Shown: piece after piece, positions 54,287 to 62,159 of the stretch
How positions within the stretch are numbered: the stretch's first letter is position 1
Layout: each line of letters begins with the position of its first letter
Assembly: GCA_007121015.1 (NCBI GenBank)
Contig: SKMN01000048.1
Coordinates: forward strand, 1,666-65,665
Reading direction: 5' to 3'
DNA from: Coriobacteriia bacterium
Lineage (GTDB): Bacteria; Actinomycetota; Coriobacteriia; Anaerosomatales; SLCP01
Length of the DNA: 64,000 nucleotides
Program-made: the position numbers and the translations under genes
The notes under the pieces: model-generated
What the model saw: the letters and a program-made list of their open reading frames with translations, nothing else
Told to the model about the DNA's origin: nothing
The model's database searches: none

Positions 54287-55015
54287 ATGGATTCGTCCCG
54301 ACGGACCCTCATCGTCGCCGTGGCCGTGGTGGTTGCATTGCTGATCGCCGGCCTGTTCTTCCTGGCGACGCAATCCGAACCGGAGTTCGAGCCCCAGCCG
54401 GAGCTGATCCCGGACATACCGGATCCCGACGTCGAGCCCGACCCGGACCAGGCGCCCGAGCCGGAGACCGAACTTCCCAGCGAGATCGAGGTCACAGCCG
54501 AGGAGATCCGTGACCAGGACGGCGAACTCCTGCTGCACATCACCGACCTGCCTGACGAGGTGGAGCCCGACGCCGACAGCAGCTTCGGCGGACCCACGAG
54601 GTTCACGAATGCGGTGCTCTCGGTCGATGGCAGCTGGATCGCGATCGGCGCCGCCGGTGACGCGCACGGCTACGGCTTCCTGTACGACGTGCCCGCCGAG
54701 GAGCACCACCTGGTGGCATTCCAGTTCGGGGGAGAGGTCGGTCCGCACTCATGGAGTCCCGACGACCGCTTTGCTCTCTTCACTTTGAGCTCTCCGGCTC
54801 CGGCCGAGTTCCTGAAGCTCGTGGACAGGGAGGATATCCGAGAGTACGCCATCGACACCGGATTCCAGGTCGAAGTCGAGCAGGAAGAGGAGTTGGCGCC
54901 ACCCTTCGAATACGAGCCGACCGAGTGGCGCGAGCCACACGACCTCTGCTTCCGGCTTGCAGGTGTCGGCTACTGCGTGGATGCCTGGACCGAAGAGGTT
55001 CAGGAGGAAAGGTAA
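54287..55015 (+). CDS. Hypothetical single-pass membrane protein with an acidic Pro-rich linker
   Basis: The internal ATG follows GGAG. It has a TM segment (LIVAVAVVVALLIAGLFFLA), then PEFEPQPELIPDIPDPDVEPDPDQAPEPE and a globular domain. No family was recognised. Confidence 0.5.
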   Translation: MDSSRRTLIVAVAVVVALLIAGLFFLATQSEPEFEPQPELIPDIPDPDVEPDPDQAPEPETELPSEIEVTAEEIRDQDGELLLHITDLPDEVEPDADSSFGGPTRFTNAVLSVDGSWIAIGAAGDAHGYGFLYDVPAEEHHLVAFQFGGEVGPHSWSPDDRFALFTLSSPAPAEFLKLVDREDIREYAIDTGFQVEVEQEEELAPPFEYEPTEWREPHDLCFRLAGVGYCVDAWTEEVQEER

Positions 55016-55046
55016 GCCGCCCGGCGACCGCGCGTTGCGCGGGGCG

Positions 55047-56036
55047 CTACTCCGGTGCGCTGTGGCGTGCGCCGTCCCGACGCTTACTCCGGAACCAGAG
55101 CATCGCGATGCCGATCACACCCACGAGTACTCCGGCCGACGTAAGGTAGCCCATCCACGCCTCCAGCGGTCCGAGGAGCGCATCGGTGGACTCGGCGGTG
55201 CTGGCCGAGGATGCCGAGAACGCCGAACGCATCAGTGAATCCATCCGGGCGGCTTCCGCGTGCGCGATCCTCAAGGCCACTTGACTGCCGGCGACGAGCG
55301 CGAGGCCTCCTCCCATCAGGACGTATCCTCTCACCGGGGCCACGATGAGGGCGAGTAGGAATGCGGCGGCGGCGCCCCACGCAAGGTACGGGCGAGCAGC
55401 CTGGAGGTCGCCAAGGGGCGCAAGACGATCCGCAATGGGACCGGCGTCGAACACCTCGACCTGTATCTGCCGGACGGGATCGGGGACGAAGTTCACGATG
55501 ATGGCGTGCACGAGCGGCTCCTCGACCTCCTCGGCCAGCAGGTCGATGTAGGGACCGAGCGTCACCTGCATCGCGGCATCGTCGGCCACGCTGTCCGGCT
55601 GAGCGGAGCGGACCGCGTTCGCCCAACCCCGGTGCCATGAACGCATCTCTGCGAGCCACAGTTCGCCGAACGTGTCGGTCGCTACCGCTGCGGTGACGGT
55701 CTGGCGAACGAGCGTCTCGAACTCGGCGACCATCTCGTCGGAGATGAGTTGTTCGGCACCGGGAAGGACGGAGCGGGCGAGTTCCCGGAGATCGAAGAGT
55801 TCGAGAAGCGTGTCCGATATCCTGTCGGACGCCTCGTCCCGTACCGCGTCATCATCGACGAGCGGTTCCATAGCTGCGACGAACGTGTCGGTGTCGAGCA
55901 GGACGGAGTCGCTCCAGTACGCGATGACGACGAGGCAGACCGCGACCGCCGCTGCGACCGTGAGGAGTGCGGCGACGGCTGTCCGCATGTAGTCCGCGAC
56001 ACCCCGCGTCCGTCCATCCGTTCGCGGTGTGCTCAT
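55047..56036 (-). CDS. Hypothetical membrane protein
   Basis: This 329-aa ORF has one N-terminal and about three C-terminal TM helices and good GC3 bias. No family was recognised. Confidence 0.5.
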   Translation of the reverse strand: MSTPRTDGRTRGVADYMRTAVAALLTVAAAVAVCLVVIAYWSDSVLLDTDTFVAAMEPLVDDDAVRDEASDRISDTLLELFDLRELARSVLPGAEQLISDEMVAEFETLVRQTVTAAVATDTFGELWLAEMRSWHRGWANAVRSAQPDSVADDAAMQVTLGPYIDLLAEEVEEPLVHAIIVNFVPDPVRQIQVEVFDAGPIADRLAPLGDLQAARPYLAWGAAAAFLLALIVAPVRGYVLMGGGLALVAGSQVALRIAHAEAARMDSLMRSAFSASSASTAESTDALLGPLEAWMGYLTSAGVLVGVIGIAMLWFRSKRRDGARHSAPE

Positions 56037-56371
56037 CGGTCTGCCCGCGCACGCGTCGTGATGATGGCCGCCGCTACCCCGGCGGGGAGCATGGCTGCTG
56101 CGATGCTGGAACTGCGGGTCATCGGGGCGCGAGTGACGACCGAGCGTACGGCCACGGTAGCGGAGTGCACGTGGACCACCTTTCTGCCGGGTGACTATGA
56201 CGTCTCTACCCGTTCAGGCGGCCTTGCGAGCGTGGTGGGCTTGGCCCCCTTCATGCTTGAGTGCTCCGGGTCGATCGTTGCCGTTCGTCACGTGCATTCG
56301 AGTCGGGGCTTGTTCGCGCCGATTCAGAAATGAGAAGCGGAATCTCTGATAGTGAAGGGCACCACGACGAT

Positions 56372-59300
56372 ATGATCGGCTACACGATGCCCTCGAGGCA
56401 CATCTCGTTCCTGATCGCCGTGCTCGTAGCGGTCTTGTTCGCAGGAGTCACTCCCGCACGGGCTACGACAGATGACGGGGTGCGTACCTGGGGGCCGTCG
56501 CCCTTCCCCGACGCCGATCCCCCAGCACACCAGCTTATCGTGCGCTTCGTCCCGCACCTCGAGTTCAACTTCGCGGCTCAAGGCGTGGCACATGTACGCG
56601 CCGGCACCACGCGTGTCCGCGGATTGTGGGGTATGCCTGGCTACGATCTCGTCTCGGTGCCGAAGGGTTCCTCGGCAGAGCAAGCCATGCGGCGCTATCT
56701 TGCAGACCCGTCCGTGTCTTACGTCGAGCCAGACCATGCCGTGCGCGCCTGGGTGCTTCCAGACGACCCGCTCTTCGGGCAGCAGTGGGCGCTCAGGAAC
56801 ACCGGCCAGAGTGGCGGAACGCCCGGGGCTGATATCGGCGCTGCGGACGCATGGACAGTGACCACCGGCGGGCCGGACGTGCTGGTAGCGGTCGTGGACA
56901 CCGGCGTCGACTACGAGCACCCCGACCTCGCACCGAACATGTGGAGCAAGCTCGGCTGGAACTTCGCCGAGAGGAACTCCGATCCGATGGATAACCACGG
57001 CCACGGTACGCACGTGGCCGGGACCGTCGCTGCTGCGGGAAACGACAGCTACGGCGTGGCAGGCGTAGCGTGGGAAGCGCAGATCATGGCGCTCAAGGCG
57101 CTCGGCGATGACGGACGCGGGTGGACGTCGGACATCATCGACGCTGTCAACTATGCGAGCTACTATGGCGCCGACATCATCAACATGTCGCTCGGGGGCG
57201 GTTCTTACTCGCAGGCGTTCTACGATGCCATCGAGGCATCCGAGGCGCTCATCGTCGCCGCCGCGGGCAACAACGGAAGAGACAACGACTCCTCGCCGAG
57301 TTATCCGGCCTCCTACGACCTCGACAACATCATCGCCGTCGCCGCCACCGACCGTGACGACGCACTTGCGAGCTGGTCGAACTACGGGGCCGAGAGCGTC
57401 GACCTCGGCGCTCCCGGCGTGGCGATCCTCAGCACGGTCCCGGGACACACGTACGAGGCGACCACGGCGTTCGCCGATCCGTTCGACACCCTGGACGCAT
57501 GGAGCACCAACTCCTACTGGTACCATCCCTGGACGCTGAGCTCGACGCGGTACGTGAGTCCTCCACATTCGGCGGGCCATGCGCCGAGCGGCGGGTACGT
57601 CGCCAACGAGCAGTCATGGATCTTCACCACCGACTACGTCTCGCTCCTCGACGCGGATCGCATAGCCGTGCGTTTCATGGCGCGCCTCGACACGGTCTCA
57701 AGCGATGATTGGTTGGTCCTCGCGGCGAAGCCGGAAGGCGCTCTCGGGTGGACTGCTCTGGCGATCATCGCCGGTCCGACCGGGGAGTTCAGGAGCTACG
57801 GACTAGAGACGACGGCGATGGCCGGGACGCGGGCCCAGTTCGCGTTCGTGTTCGTGAGCGGAGACGCAGGTGGGGGCGCAGGTGTGTGGGTGGATGACGT
57901 CGAGATCGATTCACTGGTACGGGACAGCGACTCCGACTACAGCGATGCGCACGGCTACATGAGCGGGACATCGATGGCCGCTCCTCACGTCGCGGGCGTG
58001 GCTGCGCTACTCAAGGCGTACGCTCCCGGCCTCGACGCCATCGGCCTCAAGGGGGCGATCCTCGACACGGTCGCGCCCCTCCCGGGTCTCGATGGCACAA
58101 CGCTCACCGGCGGCAGGCTCGACGCGGGTGCGGCGGTCGCCTCGGTAAAGCCTCCCAAAAGCGCTCCGGTGGCGCGAGATGACTCCTACACGGCCGAGGC
58201 CGGCTTCGAGCTCACGGTTGTGGCACCCGGCGTGCTCGCCAACGATACCGATGCCGACGGCGACGAACTCGTCGCGGAGCCGATCACTCATCCGGCCGAG
58301 GGCAAGCTCTCATTGCACGCCGACGGTTCGTTCGCGTACATGCCGCCACACGGGTTCATCGGCCAGGAGACGTTCACCTACCAGGCATACGACGGCGTGG
58401 AATACTCGGATCCAGCGACGGTCACCATCACGGTGGCCGACACCATCGATCCGATGAGCGTTGCCGTACTCGACCCCTCACCGGCTGATGGCGCGCAAGG
58501 ATGGTTCGTGAGCGTCCCTGCGATCAGCATCGAGGCCACCGACACCGGTTCGGGCGTCGATCACGTCGAGTGGAGATTCGGTGACGACGAGTGGGTGAAG
58601 GATCCCGTGGTGACAGGCGTCGTGGACGGGAAGCACGTGCTGCTCTATCGCTCGATAGACATAGCGGGCAACGTCGAGGAGGCTCGGCGCATCGAGTTGG
58701 CGGTGGACACGAGTCCGCCAGTGACCATGTCGGATGTGGCCGAGGAGGTATATGCCGCCCCCACGACGATATCCCTCGTCGCCACCGACACGGTCTCGGG
58801 GGTTGCGGCTACGTACTACTCACTCGATGGCAGCGAGGCCACGACGTACACGACCCCCATCGACATCGCGGAACCTGGTGAGTACACGCTCTCCTTCAGG
58901 AGTATCGACGTTGCGGGGAATACCGAGGAGACGCAGACGGTCGGGTTCACGCTCCTGCCGCCCGTCATCGAGATCGCGGGCGCTACGCGTTTCGACACTG
59001 CGGTGGAAGCGTCACGGGAGGCGTTTCCGGACGGTGCGGATGTCGTCATCATCGCGACAGGGACAGACTGGCCTGATGCTCTCGGCGGTTCGGCCCTTGC
59101 GGGCGTGCTCGACGGGCCGGTCCTGCTCGTGCAACATGATTCGGTGCCGGCCTCGGTGCGCGCGGAGATCGAACGTCTCGGTGCGAGCCGGGCGGTCATC
59201 GTCGGTGGTAAGGCGGCTGTCGGCACTGCGGTGTCGGATGCGTTCGGTGCTGCCGGGTTGGATGTCGAGCGTATCGCAGGGGCATCTCGCTACGAGACCG

Positions 59301-59893
59301 CCGACGAGGTCGCATCGTACGTGATCGAGGCGATCGGGGAGTCCTTCGACGGTACCGCGCTGGTGGCGACCGGAGCAGATTTCCCGGATGCGCTTGCAGC
59401 AGCCCCGCTTGCCGTCGCCAATGGTTGGCCGCTCTACCTGGCACACCCTCAGCACGGGCTACTTCCTGCGACCAGGGTCGCGATGGAGGACATCGACCGC
59501 GCGATCATCCTCGGTGGCACCGAGGTGGTGGACTCGAGCACCCAGACCGCTCTTGAAACGACATACGGGGAGATGAACGTCGTGCGCCTTGCAGGCGCGA
59601 CTCGATACGAGACTGCCGTCGAGGTCGCCGAATATGGTGTCGGTAGCGCGGGTCTGGGATGGAATCGCGTCGGGATCACAACCGGTGAGCTGTTCCCGGA
59701 TGCGCTCGCCGGCGGAGCACTGCAAGGAAGGGCGAGGAGCGTCATGCTTCTCACGGGTACGGATTCACTCCCCGCCGAGACGCGAGCCGCACTCACTGCC
59801 AACAAGGAAAGCATCTCCACCGTCACCTACTTCGGTGGGGACCGCGCTGTGAGTCAGGACGTTCGCAGAGCAGTTGCGCGAGCCCTCCACTAG
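56372..59893 (+). CDS. Cell-wall-anchored S8 (subtilisin-family) serine peptidase with Ig-like modules and three C-terminal CWB2 repeats
   Basis: The catalytic triad motifs are VVDTGVDYEHPDL, HGTHVAGTVAA and SGTSMAAPHVAGVAALL. It also has a signal peptide, a cadherin/Big_9-like module (VLANDTDADGDEL...FTYQAYDG) and two repeated Ig-like modules (..YRSIDIAGNVEE / ..FRSIDVAGNTEE). CWB2 x3 follows (ATRFDTA.., ASRYETA.., ATRYETA..). The alternative start is 56387. Confidence 0.9.
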   Translation: MIGYTMPSRHISFLIAVLVAVLFAGVTPARATTDDGVRTWGPSPFPDADPPAHQLIVRFVPHLEFNFAAQGVAHVRAGTTRVRGLWGMPGYDLVSVPKGSSAEQAMRRYLADPSVSYVEPDHAVRAWVLPDDPLFGQQWALRNTGQSGGTPGADIGAADAWTVTTGGPDVLVAVVDTGVDYEHPDLAPNMWSKLGWNFAERNSDPMDNHGHGTHVAGTVAAAGNDSYGVAGVAWEAQIMALKALGDDGRGWTSDIIDAVNYASYYGADIINMSLGGGSYSQAFYDAIEASEALIVAAAGNNGRDNDSSPSYPASYDLDNIIAVAATDRDDALASWSNYGAESVDLGAPGVAILSTVPGHTYEATTAFADPFDTLDAWSTNSYWYHPWTLSSTRYVSPPHSAGHAPSGGYVANEQSWIFTTDYVSLLDADRIAVRFMARLDTVSSDDWLVLAAKPEGALGWTALAIIAGPTGEFRSYGLETTAMAGTRAQFAFVFVSGDAGGGAGVWVDDVEIDSLVRDSDSDYSDAHGYMSGTSMAAPHVAGVAALLKAYAPGLDAIGLKGAILDTVAPLPGLDGTTLTGGRLDAGAAVASVKPPKSAPVARDDSYTAEAGFELTVVAPGVLANDTDADGDELVAEPITHPAEGKLSLHADGSFAYMPPHGFIGQETFTYQAYDGVEYSDPATVTITVADTIDPMSVAVLDPSPADGAQGWFVSVPAISIEATDTGSGVDHVEWRFGDDEWVKDPVVTGVVDGKHVLLYRSIDIAGNVEEARRIELAVDTSPPVTMSDVAEEVYAAPTTISLVATDTVSGVAATYYSLDGSEATTYTTPIDIAEPGEYTLSFRSIDVAGNTEETQTVGFTLLPPVIEIAGATRFDTAVEASREAFPDGADVVIIATGTDWPDALGGSALAGVLDGPVLLVQHDSVPASVRAEIERLGASRAVIVGGKAAVGTAVSDAFGAAGLDVERIAGASRYETADEVASYVIEAIGESFDGTALVATGADFPDALAAAPLAVANGWPLYLAHPQHGLLPATRVAMEDIDRAIILGGTEVVDSSTQTALETTYGEMNVVRLAGATRYETAVEVAEYGVGSAGLGWNRVGITTGELFPDALAGGALQGRARSVMLLTGTDSLPAETRAALTANKESISTVTYFGGDRAVSQDVRRAVARALH

Positions 59894-59907
59894 GAGTGCG
59901 GCGGAAG

Positions 59908-60516
59908 CTAGCGATCCTCGTCCAGGCCGCCGGGTCCGTGGCAGTCGAGACACGTCTCTACCGCGAAGTCCCGGTGGTTGTCGGGTAGCGTGCTCCTCGG
60001 TTCGACATGGTGACAGTAGTCGCAGTCCTCGAAGATGCCGTCGGTCGCGTGTGGGATGGGGTCTGTGACGCTGCGCGACAGGCCGGCAGGCGGAGGCTGA
60101 CGGTTGCGGAATCTCTCATCGACCGGGTGACAGAGGAGGCATTCGCCGGATTCGTAGCGCAGGTGGCTTTCCGGGACGCCGTGGTCGCGAGCGGGCTCGC
60201 CGTGGCAGAGCGGGCAGCGCTCGTCGCCCATCGCGACGGAGTGGGGCACCAACACACGTATGGCCTGCCGATGGCACGACCCGCACGTGTGAACCGCGTA
60301 GTGCCGGTGCGTGATGGGGATCGAGTCCAGTTCGAGGTTGTGGCAATCGAGGCAGGGATCGGTGCGCTCCTCGGGCGGATGGGGGTTGTCGGGAGCAGGG
60401 ATCACCTCGGCGTCGGAAGGACTCAGGGCGGTGGTCGCCCACGCGAAGAGTCCCCCGGCGCCCACGAACAGCCCTACGATGATCACGACCACTGTCGACA
60501 CGATGCGGTGGTTCAT
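59908..60516 (-). CDS. Signal-anchored hexaheme c-type cytochrome
   Basis: It has one N-terminal TM helix followed by six CxxCH motifs: CLDCH, CGSCH, CPLCH, CLLCH, CDYCH and CLDCH. The RBS is AGGGGGG, and it starts 10 nt after the upstream stop. Confidence 0.85.
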   Translation of the reverse strand: MNHRIVSTVVVIIVGLFVGAGGLFAWATTALSPSDAEVIPAPDNPHPPEERTDPCLDCHNLELDSIPITHRHYAVHTCGSCHRQAIRVLVPHSVAMGDERCPLCHGEPARDHGVPESHLRYESGECLLCHPVDERFRNRQPPPAGLSRSVTDPIPHATDGIFEDCDYCHHVEPRSTLPDNHRDFAVETCLDCHGPGGLDEDR

Positions 60517-60526
60517 GGGCCCCCCT

Positions 60527-61867
60527 TTACACCATGTCGAATCGTTCGGTGTGGATGCGGTCTGACGGTACGCCGATCTCCGGGAGCGCCTTTTCCATCG
60601 CGTCCATCAACGGTCCGGGGCCGCAGATGAAGTACTGGAAACGACGGTAGAGGGCGGGAGGGAGGTAGCGCAGGAGCATTTCCGGGGTGACGAACCCGCT
60701 CTCGCCCTCCCAGCCTTCGTGCGGATAGAGAAGGACGGTCACGAGCGTGAGGGACGGCATGCGTTTGGCCATGACAGCGAGCTCTTCTCGGAAGGTGAGG
60801 TCGTCGTAGTCGTTGGCCGCGTGGAACAGGAACACCGGCCGGACGTCTTCGCGGGTCTCGAGGGCCTGGAGCATCGAGTACAGCGGGGTGATGCCTACGC
60901 CGCCGCCGATGAGCACGAAGCCGGCGCCCTCTTCTCGGTCGATCGTGAACACGCCGTGAGGGCCATCGACCCAGGCGGTCGCCCCCCGGGTGACGTGCGG
61001 GACCACATCGGTCGACCAGTCGCCGAGTTGCTTGATGGTGAACGAGACCTGACCTTCCTCGCTCGGTATGTCGCCGTTGGAGGAGAACGATATGGGATGG
61101 CTGTCGGTGCTGAACGGACTGCGCCCGAACCCGATCCAGGCGAACTGGCCAGGTGCGAAGCGGAACCCATCGTGGCCGACGGGGCGCAACACGATCGTGT
61201 GCGATTGCCCGTGCTCAGGACGGTTCTCGACGACCTCCCACGGCTTATTCGTGAGGGAGAGCGGCCGGAACACCCGGTAGCGCAGGAACATGCCGATGAA
61301 GAAGACGAGGTAGACCGCCCACAGTCCTCGCATAGCGGGGAGCGCGGCGAAGCGGCCGATGCCGAGCGCGTGGACGGCCGCGAATGCGATGAGAGCGACG
61401 GAGAAGATGCCGTGGGTCGTGTGCCAGATCTCGTATGGCAAGCGCAGTTGCCGACGGTAGACCGAGAGCCCCACGACGAGCGCGGCGAGCACCAATGCCG
61501 CAGCTCCGAGATTCACCGGCCATGGACTCGATGTCGAAGGAGCGAGCGAGCGCGCGGTGTACGCGCGGTCAGCGACCAACAGTGCGGGATGTGCAATGGC
61601 GAACGCTACCGCGGCGATGCCGATCTGACGGTGGAACTGGAGTAGAGAGTCGAGGCCGAACGCGCCGGCGACACCTTTCAAACGAGCGACGAGCATGAGT
61701 TCGGTCGCCATGAGAGCGAGCGCGATGTAGCCCGCGGCGGCCGAGAGATAGATTAGCGGACTCGCCGCGTGGTCCGGTTCGAAGAACACCGCGCCGACCA
61801 CGAGCGGGAAGAGGATGACCGTCAGGTACAAGCCGAACCAGAACACGCCGCGTATGATCAGGCGCAT
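60527..61867 (-). CDS. NOX/ferric-reductase-type flavocytochrome b (ferric-reductase TM domain plus FAD- and NAD(P)H-binding domains)
   Basis: It has six TM helices with His pairs HRQIGIAAVAFAIAH and HGIFSVALIAFAAVH. The FAD motif is HPISFSS, the NAD(P)H motif is VLIGGGVGITP, and FICGPGPLMD lies near the C-terminus. Confidence 0.85.
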   Translation of the reverse strand: MRLIIRGVFWFGLYLTVILFPLVVGAVFFEPDHAASPLIYLSAAAGYIALALMATELMLVARLKGVAGAFGLDSLLQFHRQIGIAAVAFAIAHPALLVADRAYTARSLAPSTSSPWPVNLGAAALVLAALVVGLSVYRRQLRLPYEIWHTTHGIFSVALIAFAAVHALGIGRFAALPAMRGLWAVYLVFFIGMFLRYRVFRPLSLTNKPWEVVENRPEHGQSHTIVLRPVGHDGFRFAPGQFAWIGFGRSPFSTDSHPISFSSNGDIPSEEGQVSFTIKQLGDWSTDVVPHVTRGATAWVDGPHGVFTIDREEGAGFVLIGGGVGITPLYSMLQALETREDVRPVFLFHAANDYDDLTFREELAVMAKRMPSLTLVTVLLYPHEGWEGESGFVTPEMLLRYLPPALYRRFQYFICGPGPLMDAMEKALPEIGVPSDRIHTERFDMV

Positions 61868-62020
61868 ACTGAATTACCTCGCGTTTCCCGCGGTGGTGAA
61901 CCGCGCACGTCGTGCGTGCCCCTCGTGGGCGAGTATACCCAATCGGCTGGTTTCGCTGGACACGCGTACGCGCCCGCACCGTCGGCGACTCCCTGCTAGA
62001 ATGACTATCGCACCACCAGA

Positions 62021-62095
62021 GGGCGATTAACTCAGCGGGAGAGTGCCTCCCTTACAAGGAGGAAGTCGGCGGTTCAAATCCGTCATCGCCCACCA
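62021..62095 (+). tRNA. tRNA-Val (anticodon TAC), CCA-encoded
   Basis: The cloverleaf was folded by hand. The acceptor stem is GGGCGAT/ATCGCCC, the D stem ACTC/GAGT and the anticodon stem CCTCC/GGAGG with loop CTTACAA. The T stem is GGCGG/CCGTC with loop TTCAAAT, and the 3' end is ACCA. Confidence 0.9.
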
Positions 62096-62101
62096 GCGAA
62101 C

Positions 62102-62142
62102 AAAACAGGTCGGAGGAAGTGTTCACCCCTCCGACCTGTTTT
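62102..62142. terminator. Bidirectional intrinsic terminator
   Basis: AAAACAGGTCGGAGG-N11-CCTCCGACCTGTTTT forms a perfect 15-bp stem flanked by A- and T-tracts. It sits between tRNA-Val (+) and the convergent CWB2 gene (-). Confidence 0.8.
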
Positions 62143-62159
62143 CGTCCTCATCGGCGGAT

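Noticed and set aside
54005-54748. 247-aa minus-strand ORF between the CocE/NonD gene and the hypothetical membrane-protein gene
   Set aside because: It overlaps the better-supported plus-strand gene (RBS, TM helix, GC3 bias). It has shadow-ORF composition and no plausible start context.
56324-57580. 418-aa ORF antisense to the S8 peptidase catalytic region
   Set aside because: It is a shadow ORF opposite the Asp/His/Ser triad-bearing frame.
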